Shown here piece after piece: positions 11,722 to 25,929 of a stretch of DNA of 64,000 nt. A model generated the notes under the pieces. The model ran no database searches. It saw nothing but the letters and a program-made list of their open reading frames with translations, and was not told the DNA's origin. This stretch comes from Octopus vulgaris. Lineage: Eukaryota. How positions within the stretch are numbered: position 1 is the first letter of the stretch; each line of letters opens with the position of its first letter. Location: the NCBI GenBank assembly GCA_951406725.2, contig OX597819.1, forward strand, positions 113,708,001 through 113,772,000. Reading direction: 5' to 3'. The position numbers were made by a program, and so were the translations under genes.

Positions 11722-13624
11722 GTAAGTTCTTTTGCTTATATGTTTTTTTTTTCTGTGGGAGTAGGGATGTGTTACTTTAAGGAAGGGAGAGGAATGACAA
11801 GATTTTCTCTGTTACAAACAGTTGGACTGGGTTTCCTATTGGCAACATTGCAAATGTTGCAGGAAATTTTTATACCAAACCAGTTTGGTAAATTTCAGTA
11901 GACAAGAGTTAAATCTTTTGTTTCAGCATTCAACAGACTGGCTCCAGTAGTGATCAGATTTGAACTCGGGATCACATTACTAGTAATTTAAAAAGGCATT
12001 GTGTCTTGTAATGATATAGAAGTTTAAATTTCTTTTTTACAGATTAATTATATTTAAATTTTAATTTCATTTTCATTCTATTTTCCAAATCAATCCAGTT
12101 TATCTATTTATTGTTCTTGCATATGTGCAGGAACAATAAACACTTAGAATGCCCTGGAGGATCCTTTAGAGGTAGTAGGTAGTTTCTGTTATCCAGGTAA
12201 CCTACAAGGGTAGGCTGAAAAGTTCTCAAGTTGACTATCTCCCAATAGCTTTCTATTGCTGATCCCTTCATCACCAACCTATTCTGCAGTATTCTGCTGC
12301 TGTAATTAAGACCAAGACTGCATATTTCATCATCATTTTATATGAAGCCACTTTCTCACCTCTTGTCATTTTTTTCATTCTTACCCTTGTATCTCCACTC
12401 ATATTCGACACTGATCATCTTTGTGTTACCAAATTATCTTTCTCCTCCACAATACATTCTCACTCACCCCACACTCTACACTCTTACATCCTACTCAACC
12501 ACACATCATCACACTTTCTCTCACCCTGCCCCTGTCTATTATTATTATTACTGTTCTGCTACTTTTCACTACTTATTCGTTTCTGTGCTGTCAGTCATCA
12601 CCTATTCTTCCCTATCTTCCCACCTACTCATATTTTTCATTAACTACCCATCTTAATTTATTGTTCTTAATTTATTATATTTTCCAGTCCTATCTCTGAC
12701 CATCCCTCACTCTCCCCATACACTCTTGCAACCACTACCCACCTATACTTCCCATTCTGTACCCATTTGCTTCTCTTCACCTCTTTGTATCTTGCAGGTC
12801 CACTCTGATACCTCAGAACAACTAATTTATTTCGATTTCCAGCTTCACCATAATTACTCCTACCAACTCTTTTATAATGCAAATAAACACGAAACTTCTC
12901 TTCAGCAAGAAAGCTATTCCAGCCTCTTCTTTCATACTTTAACCCCTTCTATAGCTACACTCACTAAAAGGGGAACTTGACCTTGTGAGCTACATGGTTA
13001 TCTCACCAGTGCTGGTGTCATGAAAGAAGCATCAGTGCACTCTGTAAAGTAGTTGGTATTAAGGGCTTCCATAGAAAAAGAAGCAAACCTTGTAGTTTGA
13101 TACAGTTCTTGGACCTATTGGGTCCTGTGAAACCTCAAGCTATACCAGTATGAAAGATGGATATTTAATGATGATGATAATCATGATACCCATTGAGATG
13201 AAAAAATTGGGATAAGCAAAGAATATGATAGAAAATGTAAAGCAACATCTGCTTTATATGATTGTAGACTTTAGTAATATGACTCTTCCAAAATATAGCA
13301 ATATTGATTTCAACATGGTTTCAGATCAGAATTCTTGCTAAACAAATTCAAATATTATATGTACTGGTTATTTGAAATTTTCTGTTTTCATTTTCATTTT
13401 CTTTCAATTATGGTAATTTTGTTACAGTAGTTACGATTCCCTTTCTTGCACCATATATGTTCACTGGTGTTGTTTTTTCCTCTCATTAAGTCCCTTCAAG
13501 GTTCCTCTATACTTGCCTTTTAAAGTTTCCCATTTTCTTCAATTATAGAGCTTTCACAAATACTTGGAATGATGTAGATGCAATTTAGCAATAAAGGTTC
13601 AGATTCTGTCTGGTACTAGTTTAA

Positions 13625-13846
13625 CCCTTTCGTTACCAACCCAGCTGAAACTGGCTCTGGCTCAGTTGTACAAATGCCTTGTTTTCATAAGGTTTTAATT
13701 AAAATCTTCCACTAAACCTTAGTCACAATTTATGTTCCTAACACTAGCTAAATGATAAATAAGTTATTTTACTAAATTCTTTGTTATATTTTAAAGTAAT
13801 TGAAAGAAACACAGAGCATCTCAAAATAAATACAGTAATGAAAGGG
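13625..13846. mobile_element. piggyBac-type MITE, family 2
   Basis: TIR CCCTTTCGTTAC...GTAATGAAAGGG with TTAA duplication. Second copy at 30166-30378. Confidence 0.88.
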
Positions 13847-14136
13847 TTAACATCCAAGAATAGATAGGTGATGGTAGTTGAAGACCAACTTAGTCAGAAA
13901 GTAGTGTAGACGTTTTTGTTTTTTTTTAATCTTCATCTCTAATGATAAGGTTAAACACCCAAAATTTTATTGCTCTTTTCAAATTTATAATTTAAAATTT
14001 TTTTTTTAAATTTCAAATTAAGATAAAACAATTTGAGTTGTAATTGAAAAATAGATTTTTGTTACTGCTTTGATGTTTCACTGTTTTTTTATGCATGCTT
14101 CATATTTTTTCTCTTTTTACTTTCAATTTCGTGTAG

Positions 14137-14566
14137 GCCCTAAATCCAGGGAGGATTCAACTTCGCCATCAAAGAAACCGATTTCTCCTTTGGATAAACC
14201 CAAACCATATTATTATTGCTCTCTAGAAGGCTTGGAGAAAACAGCCTTACACAGGCCAGCTCAGCAAATGGGTACATCACAAAATGGAGTTGATCAGCCA
14301 ACAGGAGATGCTGTGTCAAACCAGGCAGCATCTGACAAAGCTGTGTCAGATCAGGCAGCATCAGACAAAACTCTGTCAGTCAAGGCAGTATCAGACAAAA
14401 CTCTGTCAGTCAAGGCAGCATCAGACAAAGCTATTGCAGACAAAGCTATGTCAGACAAAGCTATGTCAGACATGACAATGAAGCAAAATGCCATCTGTCT
14501 GAACAAAGGACAGTTTTCAGACAAGCACAAACTTGTGCTGATATTGCAAAGTGGTGGTAATTTGAG
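14137..14566 (+). CDS. TTLL5: TTLL5 exon with 5-aa repeat, ending KLVLILQSGGNL
   Basis: gtAG / GTaaag; phase 1 to 2; lies within ORF 14070-14570. End resembles TTLL5 LMQILQDNGNLS. Confidence 0.88.
14310..14474 (+). repeat. Coding minisatellite, 11 x 15 nt (AxSDK-type pentapeptide)
   Basis: AVSNQ AASDK AVSDQ AASDK TLSVK AVSDK TLSVK AASDK AIADK AMSDK AMSDM. Confidence 0.95.
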
Positions 14567-14709
14567 GTAAAGCTTAAAATTTTACGAAACATTTAATCAT
14601 GTATTCATCTCATTTGCTGCTCTGTGTATGTATATATGTGTCCATGACAGTGCATGTGTATACATTCATATGTGACTATATGTATGCATATATCTATGTA
14701 TTTGTGTGT

Positions 14710-14774
<65 letters not shown>

Positions 14775-15059
14775 CAATATATATTACCAATATGGTAATA
14801 ACGGAATTTTTTAGAAATTTCTATTGGCATGTTTCGAGACGCATAAATTATAATGGTTACTGACAATTTTGTCTTTTTTTCAGCATATTTGGCATTAGAA
14901 TTTTTCTTTTGCCCTTATTTTATATATATATATATAAGCTTAAAAAGACATCTGAGCATAAAAAGACTTAACCAAAACCACAGCATATTTTGTCTGTTTT
15001 ATCAGTTCTGCCATTTAACCATGTTGTTAAGTTTCTGCTGTTCTTTCTGTAATCTTCAG

Positions 15060-15174
15060 TCAATTGCAAGCTCGTACAGCCTTTGCTCTTTATCTAACCA
15101 AAGTCCAGCAAAGACTTGTGGCTGAAGCAAACTCAAATGAACCAAGTGATGTTGATTCATTAACTGAACAAATG
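15060..15174 (+). CDS. TTLL5: TTLL5 exon: QLQARTAFALYLTKVQQRLVAEANSNEPSDVDSLTEQM (cofactor-interaction region)
   Basis: cttcAG / GTaagc; phase 2 to 0. Matches TTLL5 KMQARIAFSAYLQHVQIRL...EQM. Confidence 0.93.
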
Positions 15175-15429
15175 GTAAGCTATAGTCTTATTCACTTCTC
15201 ATCCAAACCAATTTATGTTACTGTCTTCATCAATTCCTCTCCATACTTTTTGTTTTCAATCAAAACTAATCAATATATTGCGATCTTGATGGTGGTGGGG
15301 GTTCTTTTTGGCAGTTGGCAACCTCAATATTTTGATATTTTGCTAGTAAATTGAAAGTGCTCTTACTCTCTAAACCTAACTAAAGTTTAAAGATGGTTTG
15401 GAAGATCAAAAATAGAAATTATTCCCAAG

Positions 15430-16760
15430 AATATTGAACAAATGAATCCAAAGGCCCAGTCTTTGGCAATACAATAATATATTTACAGAGAACAACGGGA
15501 TGGTAAGCAACTTCAGGCCAATCAGTTGAGTTGTCTTTCTTTGTATGTGGTCTGAGAAATTTGTATATGTAACAGCTGTTCCATCTCAGATGTTTGAGCA
15601 GTATTTCTCTGTAGATATTTACCTGTCCTTTATAGATTCAGCAGTTGTTGTTGGAGGAGGCTGAAGTGCTTTCTGAATCTAAAGAGAAATCTAGTCATTA
15701 TGATATCATTTTTGGCTGTGTTTATGTACATTCAGTAGGAAAGATCCTCAGTGGTTGCGAAGCCTAGCATTTATTGCAACTTTGATGGTTCTAATCAGAT
15801 ACTGTTCATATTTAGGTTGGAAAGTATGAGAAGGTTTTCTTGTTGTGTGTAGTGATTGTGTCTCTATGTTGTTGAAAGACGCAAAATTGGAATGACCTCA
15901 CAGGAGGATGTTTTCAAGGTTTCTGTTGACGGCCTCATTGCAGATTTAGTGTGAAGTGTCTAGGTTGCATGCAGATGATGCTTGGACATAGGAGTTAGGA
16001 GTGGCATCATCAATACAAGAATTGGTGGTGATGGAATTGACAGTAAGTAGATTCTTCTTGTTTAAAAAGAGTGTGGAGGAAAAAACCAGACAACCATGGA
16101 ACACAATGAAGTTGATGATGTGAGTTAGAGGAAGCTGCATCAGCACTGGTGCAAAATGACAGTAAGTCACTAACCCATGAGATGAAAAATGGATGGGGTC
16201 TATAAACTGGCTCTATTTTGCCTGGGGATTTGTATAGCAGACAGCAGTTGAAAACTTTACTAATGGGAAATTAGATCTCCAGTAGATGTAGCTTTATGAA
16301 AGCTGTTGCTGGTGTTTATTAAGGAGAGAGACAAATTCAAGTTTATGGGAAAGGTAGTTAAAAGCTGTCCTTATCACCTTTCAGGTATATGAATTTAATG
16401 TAATAAGGATGATAGTTGACCAAGATAGATAGGTTGCTCTGTGTGGGAATGTTTTACTGTTGCAAGCTTCCAAAAAAAGTCATATGTCCCTACAAAGTGA
16501 GAGAAAGAGGTGGGTATCTGAAAAGTGATAAGGACAGCTATTAACTACCTTTCCCTTGAAAAGTTTGGAGATGATAGTGGCTTGCTCTGGGTGTATTGAG
16601 AGTAATGGAAAGAATATTGTCAGAACTGATGGCTTTGTTTTTTTTTAAATAAATTGGAGTTTCTTCACACTTGGTATGTATGATGCAAGCCTGGTCAAGT
16701 AGAAAGGGATGTTTATTGTGGAGACTTACTTTGAGAATGGTTAATTTTAAAAATAAATCA
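15430..16760 (-). mobile_element. Ancient degenerate LINE reverse transcriptase remnant (similar decay at about 740-1330 and 2230-2790)
   Basis: ORF 15946-16170: VFHGCLVFSSTLFL...SCIDDATP, a decayed GVPQGSVLSPTLFL...YADD motif. Confidence 0.55.
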
Positions 16761-17048
16761 CTGAAGTTGATCACTGCTATTTTGTAATTTCTTTTTCCTG
16801 TTTATCAATTTGCCTAAATTGCATGCAGCCATTCATGCAGTTGTTACTTTTCTCTACTTTTTGTTTTACTGCCGCCACACAACCAAGAAGTACTAAAGCA
16901 ACTACTACAACTTCCAAAACAAATCTCACCAATACAGTTATTTAAAACTAGCATCACCCACCATAATCATCCCTTCATAACCACCATCACTACACTACTA
17001 CAACAATAATAAAAAAAAACACTACTATCATTTTCTATTATGAACTAG

Positions 17049-17195
17049 GATCTGGTGATACGTTTTCTAAAGAGAGCTGCTGCCAATTTACAGAGAAATT
17101 TCCAAATCATTGCCCCTAGTAAGAAACTTGCAGTAAAGGATCGTTGCAGAGTCTTAGCAAAAGAACTATCGGAGTTTGTGAGGCATTACAAAAAG
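17049..17195 (+). CDS. TTLL5: TTLL5 exon: DLVIRFLKRAAANLQRNFQIIAPSKKLAVKDRCRVLAKELSEFVRHYKK
   Basis: ctAG / GTaaga; 49 codons, phase 0 to 0. Matches TTLL5 ELVVRFLKRASNNLQ...PSRRL...RRRILAHQLGDFIIVYNK. Confidence 0.95.
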
Positions 17196-18782
17196 GTAAG
17201 AACGAGGATGTAAATCTTGCATTGAGACTACTTTTCTGGGTTTAAAACTAGCAATCAAGCAGTATCGAGTGTCAGTAAAATAATATTTATAGTTAAGTAC
17301 TAATGTTGATTTTATCAACTTTGAACTCTTCTCTACAAATGTTTGGCTTGATGCCTATGTTAGAAACTATTATTAATAGTGGTGAATAGCAGAATTGGTA
17401 GAATGTCTTGTAGTAATTAATTACAGCCATTTATCTTTCGTGGTCAAATCTTGCTGGGAGTGATTTTTTTTCCCTTTATTATTATTATTGTTATTGTTCT
17501 TCTTCTTGTTGTTGTTGTTATTATTATTATTATTATTATTACTACTACTACTACTATTATTATTATTGTTATTATTATTATTATTATTATTAACCCGTGC
17601 TAGCACGGAAAACGGACGTTAAACGATGATGATGATGATTATTATTATTAACCTCTCATTCTTCCTGGGTGAGTAACTTAAGAAGCAGTTCATTACTGGG
17701 GGTAGATTTGATTGACTGCAACCATATCCTCCTTCCCCTAAATTTGCAACCATGTGTCAAACTTGGAAATCTTTATTCTGCTACAATCAAAGCAGTAGAG
17801 GTGGCAACAATAAGTGCTGTACAGAATGCCATACATCAGTGCTACTCAAAGTGGTGCTCTGGCACCAGTCCGCAAGCCATCAGCTACCGGTACGTGATGA
17901 GTTTCCAGAAAAGGAAGAAGCATTATACAATGCTTATTTGTAAAGACTTGTATATTTGGGAAACAACCTTTCATTTATGTATGTTGACTGGTTCTTGTCT
18001 TTTGATTTATAGCCCAGGGCAAGCCTAATTGAGTAGACCCTGTGAGCAATGACATTCTAGTCATAATCATCCTTTCTTTTTTGGGGTTCACATTACCCCC
18101 AATCTTTTTTGTTTTGTTTTTTTGTGACCTGAGAGAAAGTTGGCTGCTATTTCTTGCAGGTGTTCAGCAACCATATAAATTCTTCTGTTGGCTCAAGTTT
18201 TATGATGTAGTTTTTCTACTTAATCATAAGACTATTTGATACACTATCCAAAAGTAAATAACTAAATCCAACTTCACTGGAAATATAATCTCAATAAAAA
18301 CAAAGTTAGTAATTTACTGATATATCAGAGAAGGAATGTATTTTAGATTGGAGGAGTTGGTCATAGTTTTCTCTAGTTAGTACTGGATATGTGTAGAATC
18401 CATTTCCTTTCCTAATGGAAAAGAAAATGCGAGACCCACTGTACATTAACCACAAATGTAATGATCTTCAGACTTCAGGGAGAGATGGTAGGTGGATAGA
18501 TGCACTGCTGGACACATCATCATCATTTAGTATTCATTTTCCATGCTGGCATGGACTAGACAGTTTGACCAGAACTGGTATGCTGAAGTGTTGCACCAGG
18601 CTTCAGTCATCTGTTTTGGTTTGGTCTCTATTGCTGGATGCTCTTCCTAATGCCATCCACTTTCCAAAGTGTACTGGGTGTCTTTTGTGTGTCAATGACA
18701 CAGGTGACTTCTACATCTCACCAGCACTTAGGAAAGATAGATCTGCAGTTTATTTTATTGTCTTTTTTTTTTATTCCATCAG

Positions 18783-18880
18783 GAAACTCATCAATTCAAG
18801 AAGCTTTTGCATAATGAACCAGAGAAAGCAAGTCCAGGAATCAATGATGAAGAGTTCAACAATTTCATGTCATCTTCTGA
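18783..18880 (+). CDS. TTLL5: TTLL5 exon: ETHQFKKLLHNEPEKASPGINDEEFNNFMSSS
   Basis: Poly-T + tcAG / GTgagt; phase 0 to 2. Resembles TTLL5 ETEQM...GVNMENFQEFIRQAS. Confidence 0.88.
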
Positions 18881-21156
18881 GTGAGTTTTGACTTTCTTTT
18901 CATATGTACACATGTGCAAATTCACAGACACACATTTTATGTGTGTGTGTCTCATTCTTTCGCATATACGTTGACATATCTACAATAAAAATCAGTCTGC
19001 CACACATCTGTATTTCTTTGTCTTATATGTTGTGTATGAAAACTGAGAGTCAATTTGGAAACAATTATTGGTTTTTTTTTTTTAACTATTTAAGAAAATG
19101 GACTTGCACGAACGATACACATAATTATAGTCGAGCGAGGTTGTTGCCAGTGCCGCCTGACTGGCCCCCGTTCCGGTGGCACGTAAAAAGCACCCACTAC
19201 ACTCTTGGAGTGGTTGGCATTAGGAAGGGCATCCAGCTGTAGAAACTCTGCCAGATCAAGATTGGAGCCTGGTGATGCCATCTGGTTCGCCAGACCTCAG
19301 TCAAAATCGTCCAACCCATGCTAGCATGGAAAGCGGACGTTAAACGATGATGATATGTGTGTACGAGTCTTTTATCTTGTTTCATTCATTAGGCTGTGGC
19401 CATGCTGGGGCACCACCTTGAAGAGTTTTAGTCTACTGAATCAACCACAGCACTTATGTGTTTTTTTTAAAGCCTGTTGCTTTTTCTATTGGTCTTTTTT
19501 TGCCAAACTGCTAAATTACAGGAATGTAAACACATAAACATCAGTTGTCAAGCAGTGGCGGCGGAAAACACACATGCACACACACACATACACACACACA
19601 TACGCACATGCATACAAATGCACACACGTGCAAACATACACGTGCACATACACACACACACATATACAACAGTCTTCTTTCAGTTTCTTTCTATGAAATC
19701 CTTTCACGAGGATTTGATCCATGTGAAGCTATAGTAGAAAACACTTGCCCAAGATGACATACAGTGGGACTGAACCCGGAACCATGTGCTTATCTGCATT
19801 TCGTCCGTCTTTATGTCCTGAGTTCAAATTCCACTAAGGTCATCTTAGCCTTTCAGCATTGATGGCTTAAGTGAAGGTTGAATACTGGGATTGATGTTAT
19901 TGACTAGCCCCTCCCACCAAAATTTCCACCCTTGTGCTTACAGCAGAAAGGCTTATTATAAGGATTATGACTTGACAGAACTGTGATGGCACAGGGGAAA
20001 ACCATTAACATGGTAAAAAATTTGAAATGGTGTTTAATGTATTATTCAGAAAAAGCATTACTCACAGATTTCAGAACAATTTAAATTTTTCAAATATCTT
20101 AATTTTTGACTGTGATATGCCTTTTTTTTTCCTCTTTATTTTGGATGAACAGACACAACCCAGTGTTTCAACTTCACTGTTTTCTCAAAAAAAGGCCTGT
20201 TTTCTGAGAACTAAAAGCTTAAACCTTTCCTCATAAATAAAATGGGCAGCACTACTGGCATTCAATCTATAGCCACAACTAGGATCTAAAAACATTGAGT
20301 GTTAACACTGACCGCATTTTTCTCATTTGTTTATTTAGCAACATCTGATAGGTTTTCCCCTGTGCCGTCACACTTAAGCATCAAACATATAATGCCTTGC
20401 AGTATTTGTTTATTTGTTTAGGCTGATTATGTTCAGAGTTCAAATCCCACCCAGGTCAAGTTAGCCTTTCATCCCTTTGAAGTTAAGATAAAGTACCAGA
20501 CAACTACTGGGCTCAGTGTATCAGCTAACGTCTGCTCTCAAGATTTTTGGCCTTGTACCAAAATTACAAATAATTATTATAAAGGTGATTAGCTGTCATT
20601 TCCTTCATTGGAAGGAAAAATGCTTTACAGTAATTCTTTCAGTTCTTTACATTCTGAGTTCAAATTCTGCCACAGTCAACTTTGTCTTTCATTCAAAGTC
20701 CTGCTGCATTTCACAAGGAACATTTTATCCTCTAAAGTTATCTTGATGTAAAAGCCAGACCTATCTTTTTTGGTAGACAAGTGTGAAAAATACAACTTCT
20801 TTGCTAGAAAATATGGTATTGTAATTACCTATATCATTAGAGCTATTTATTATACAGATTTATTCTCCCTATCTCCATATTTTGAGTTAAAATACCACAA
20901 GATGGATTATTGTAGTTCTATGCCTCGCTTTTTGATTTCTAATTCCATTGTGGAAAAGCAGGGTCATTTTTGTCTTTAAAATTCCAGGCTCAATGAAATA
21001 AGTACCTGCAATATCCTGGCATTGAAGTCAAACATCTATTCACCCTTTTCAACTAAAGCCTCATGACATAAAGAAGTAATGTAATTTCTGTCTCTCTCAC
21101 ACACAATTCTTTAAGTTCTTCATTATTTCCTCCTTGGCCTCGACTCCCTTTTTCAG

Positions 21157-21365
21157 TGAGAATGAGCTGGAACTAGTGTTGACGACCTACACCAAGCTGC
21201 GGAAGTCTGGCAGTATTTTCTTGGGCAATTGCTGCACTGGTGATGGAGCTGCCAGCCACAACCAGGCTGGGGACAGAGACAACAAACACACAAAAGTGTT
21301 TTATCCAGGAGACTGGAACCAGGGACAAAAGCAGACGAAATCTTCACAGCACCGTTTGGCAAAAA
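21157..21365 (+). CDS. TTLL5: TTLL5 exon: ENELELVLTTYTKLRKSGSIFLGNCC...
   Basis: ttttcAG / GTaagt; phase 2 to 1. Matches TTLL5 [23 protein letters not shown]. Confidence 0.92.
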
Positions 21366-21685
21366 GTAAGTGTACGCATTTTGGTGTTCCTTAGCTCTAG
21401 GCCATCCTTGAATCAAACAAATATATGATCAAAAGCATGATCTGTTTCCTTTGTTGTCTGACTATCTACCTCCATTTCTCTTTCCCCTTCCATCTCATTC
21501 TCTTTCCCCATCTTCTTCCACTCTGTTGCCTTCCACCTTTCCATCTCCTTTATTCTACCTTTACTTTGTGTCTTTTTATTTCTCCCTTAAACTGACTCCC
21601 TCCGCCTTCACTTATGTCCTCTGTCTCATTTTCATGGTCTGTGGGCTTTTCCCTAATCTCCTATTCGCTGTCTTTCTCTCTCCAG

Positions 21686-21763
21686 CAACAACGTTATCTA
21701 AGAACACACCCGTAACACCAAAATCTCCATGTCTTCCTTGTGCTGGTTCAGACGCATCAGTTG
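21686..21763 (+). CDS. TTLL5: TTLL5 78-nt symmetric exon (possible cassette): TTLSKNTPVTPKSPCLPCAGSDASV
   Basis: Long pyrimidine tract + ccAG, GTaagt donor; phase 1 to 1; open frame. No homology recognised. Confidence 0.65.
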
Positions 21764-22187
21764 GTAAGTTTGATTTTCTCAAATTGGCCATATTCCTTGC
21801 TCCTGTATGTAGCTAGCTTTCAGAAAATTGATGCAGTCACTGTATGTGTGTACATATACATGGAATTAAATCTGGTTTGCCATAAAAACAAAGCCTGCTT
21901 CTATCTCACTTATGCGTAATCTTATTGATGACTTTTTTTATCAATATATAAACTGTGAATAGTCACAAATGAAATGTGAATAGCAGCTGTTATTCCCTTT
22001 TCGATGGTGCTTTGTTATATTATCTACAATTAGTCTATGTATATTAATATATCATTCAATGCATAGATTAATGCCTTTTCTTTTCCTATTGTCTTTTTCT
22101 AATTTTTATTTTCACATTTTTGTCACTTTTTATAAATGTTTCTCTGTATTTTTTTAATATATTTTATATATTTATTTTGTTCTGTAG

Positions 22188-23028
22188 AAACCCATGAAGA
22201 AAACTCTGTCAAGGAAGCACTTCAGTCTTTGACTAAAAAACAACAGTTGCGTCAGTACTCGGCGAAGGAAGGTAGCAGAGTCCTTTCTCAGGTCTCTCAT
22301 ATAAAGCCAGGTGCCTTTAATGTACATAATCGCTCGAGGAGTTTAGACAGAAAGAGCAAAACACCACCCACATTTTTACACTCTGCTTCCTCATCACAAA
22401 ATGTCAACCAGAACTTGGTGAAAACTCCAGAAGAAAACCTAAATTTTGTTAAAGTTTTCTGTGCTCGACCAAATTCCAGTAGCGGAGGCAAAAGCCGTCT
22501 CAGACTTTCCCCTGATTCTATATCGTCTCCTACATTAAACAAGTGCCCATCAGATTGTCCAAAGACAGCGACTGCACTATGTTGTCAGCGGTCCAATAGC
22601 CACCTTACAAAGCACAGCTTATCACTTACTGGCAGTTGTCCGCACTTGGCAGTCTCAAATGGTCATAAGGATGACCCCTTGCAACAACTCATTCCAAACC
22701 AGAAGCTGTCTGCTTCAACAGCCTCTTCAGCCAGTGATCTCACCTCAGGATCTTCTGATTGGTCTGTAGCAGATCCTCATGCTGATATTAAAGTTAACCA
22801 AGGCCCGAAGAAGCCTGATTTCCCAAAAACGTATGTTAGTGACCCTCAAGATTTGGAATTCAAGTTCTTCCAAAAGCAAAGTCAGCAGCCGAAGATCTTG
22901 AAACAAAATGTGATCCGTGCAAGGAAAAGCACCCACCCAACATTACCTACCGTACCTCCTAAAATGCCGCAATCAAAATCCCCTTTCCTCAAAATAGGAG
23001 TGCCTGGTCGATTATATAAAGCTGACAG
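22188..23028 (+). CDS. TTLL5: TTLL5 large Ser/Pro/Lys-rich C-terminal exon beginning THEENSVKEALQSLTKKQQLRQYSAK
   Basis: tgtAG / GTatgt; phase 1 to 2; lies within the 309-aa ORF 22136-23065. ALQSLTKKQQLRQYS resembles the recalled TTLL5 C-terminal motif LQRLAEKQAARQYS. Confidence 0.85.
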
Positions 23029-23600
23029 GTATGTATGTGTTTCCTTTCTTGTTTTTAGTTGTTAAGGTCTCAATCCCTAATGAAAGCTTACTTCTAAGAT
23101 TAAAAAAATTTTGAGTAGTCCTAATGGAAATGTTTCCAGCTTTTTAGCTCAACTCCACATCTTTCAAACCACCCCCATCATGAGCTATCTCTCCTCAAAA
23201 TCACACCCTACTATCTTTTAAAAGAAAGAACACATTGGATAATGTAGTCTGGAGCACACTATTCCAGAAAAAAAAAAGGAAAATACAGTATAGTTGAGGC
23301 TTGAAGGCTTTGTGGGAATCCCTGTTACATTAGGACTGATTTGAGACTAAATAACACATCATCACTTCACATTACCATACTTCCACATGACCCTTACATG
23401 GCATTATACTACACCATGTTACACAGTTCACTCTGTAAGGTGGTTGCTGTTAGGAAGGGTTTCCAGCCATAGAAACCAAGTCAAAATTGAGATACAGGAG
23501 TAAGATGTCCACTGCCTATGGAATCCTGTCAAACCATCCAACCCATCCCAGTATGGAAAGCAGATGTAAAATAATGAGATGATGATGATGATGTGTGTGT

Positions 23601-23656
<56 letters not shown>

Positions 23657-23922
23657 CTGTAATATATACATATCATCATCATCATTTAATGTCCAGTTTT
23701 CCATACTGGAAAGGAATAGGATTTGGAATCCCAGGAGATATCTTTTTTTGACACTCTGATATAATCCAGATCAGGCTAATTACATCGAATGATAGGGACA
23801 TACAGAATTGTTTAAGATAATAAAACTGTAATTTTTGAAGATATATAATTCTCCATTCTTATTTACAAGGTCTTGATTTTAAATATGTATGTATGTGTGT
23901 GTATATATATATATATATATAT

Positions 23923-24140
23923 AGGCGAGCTGGCAGAATCGTTAGCACGCAGGGCGATATGTGTAGCCGTATTCCGTCTGCTGTCGAGTGTTCTGGGTTC
24001 AAATTCCGCCGAGGTCGACTTTGCCTTTCATCCTTTCGGGGTCGATAAATTAAGTACCAGTTACGCACTGGGGTCGATATAATCGACTTAATCCCTTTGT
24101 TTGTCCCCTCTATGTTTAGCCCCTTGTGGGTAGTAAAGAA
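23923..24140 (+). mobile_element. SINE family B with Nin/Deu-like central domain. Further copies at about 5985, 32145, 36870, 59365 (+) and 39345-39560, 44150-44565 (-)
   Basis: ggcgagctggcagaatcgttagc head, ggttcaaattcc B box, and gcctttcatcctttcggggtcgataaattaagtaccag, matching the recalled Nin/Deu domain. Confidence 0.85.
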
Positions 24141-24615
24141 TATATATATATATATATATGGCACGTGAAAAAACATTCAAGTGAGGTCATTGCCAGTCCC
24201 TCTGGACTGGCTCCTGTGCAGGTGGCATATAAAAAAACACCATTTGAGCATGGCTGTTGCCAGTACCGCCTGACTGGCCCTCATGCCGGTGGCACGGAAA
24301 AGCACCCACTACACTCTCGGAGTGGTTGGCATTAGAAAGGGCATCCAGCTGTAGAAACTCTGCCAGATCAAGATTGGAGCCTGGTGCAGCCATCTGGTTT
24401 GCCAGACCTCAGTCAAATCATCCAACCCATGCTAACATGGAAAGCGGACATTAAACGATGATGATGGTGATGATAATGACGATAATATATATATATACAC
24501 ACACACACTAGTCTAACTTTTAATTAAAACATGCAGACCTATTTACATAAATCCTTTTAATATTTTATATGTATGTGTGTATATATGTATGTATGTATAT
24601 ATATGTGTGTGTGCG

Positions 24616-24653
<38 letters not shown>

Positions 24654-24899
24654 TATATACATTTATATATGCATTAATACATACATATAAATACTTACAT
24701 ACATAAAACTAGAAACCTTAATTATTATCCTAGCATAAAATTACCAATGAAAACAATTATGCAATATCAATATATGTAATCAAAGAAACAACAAATCACC
24801 ATAAACCAGAAACTCTTTAACAACTTCAACCTTAAAAGAATGAAGAATAATTAGATATAAAAGATTCTTAGTATCACTCAGTAAGACTTTTCAGTTGCT

Positions 24900-25492
24900 C
24901 TCCAGCTATTTCAAGCTGTATATGACTAGGGTACATCCACGCTTTGTTTGTATCACCAATCTGGAACCCCTATCTTGCTCAGTACAACAGTCACCTGGAA
25001 ACTGCTCAAAAATGTGCAACCAGATGAATACTTACTGTCAGGCATCTACCATACTCTGAATGTCTTGCTTCTCTGGGCATAAACACAAACCTCTAACATT
25101 TGGCAACTGACTTGGTAGACACCCAACCTTGGGCGCCTTTTTGAATTCCATTTGTCTAACACTTGTGGACATGCTTACAAAATCAAAAAGCAAAACAGCA
25201 CACATGACTTTCAGAAACATTTTTTCATGCTCAGAATTGCTGAAGCATGGAATAAATTACTTGTATCAGTTGTTAGCTGTTAAGACATTACATCCTTCAA
25301 AACTTCCATGCTTCCTGAAATTCGACAACTGTACATCTGATGCCTCCACCTCCATTTCTTTTCTTTTTTTCCCTTAAGACTTTCACTGTTCATTTCCTGT
25401 GCATATTCTATGTACTGTACCTGCAGTTTTGGTTACTTTTTCTGATGAATTGTAATGCACCTCAGCACTGTATACAATAAGTTCATTATTAT
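24900..25492 (+). mobile_element. CR1/L2-group LINE 3' fragment (same family as 4610-5020)
   Basis: Shares sequence with the reverse complement of 4610-5020 (gctgaagcatggaa...catccttcaaaacttccatgct...gcactgtatacaataa). Confidence 0.8.
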
Positions 25493-25676
25493 TTAGACAA
25501 CAAGCATATCAAACATACATTCCCATCATTAGCTGTTTAACGGATATCACTATGGTTTCGACACCTGGGCAGTCCCATTCAATCCAGCAGTGTCAACAGC
25601 ATTAAAAACGTAAACATTTCCTGTGAATTAATAGACCAGTAACATCAATCTAATGTCCATTACATCTACATAAATA

Positions 25677-25717
<41 letters not shown>

Positions 25718-25929
25718 TATTCAAAGGAATTCCAACTCTGTCTGTTTTTTATGTTTTATTTATATTCTTTATATTATTAATGTAGAATATAAAATATATA
25801 GTATAAATAGTATATATAGTAAAATGAAATGAAGTATTGATTGTCTTATTGAATAGATGAAATATTGAATATAAAATATTAAGGGACACACACATATTTA
25901 AATATATATAAATATAAATATTATTAGTT

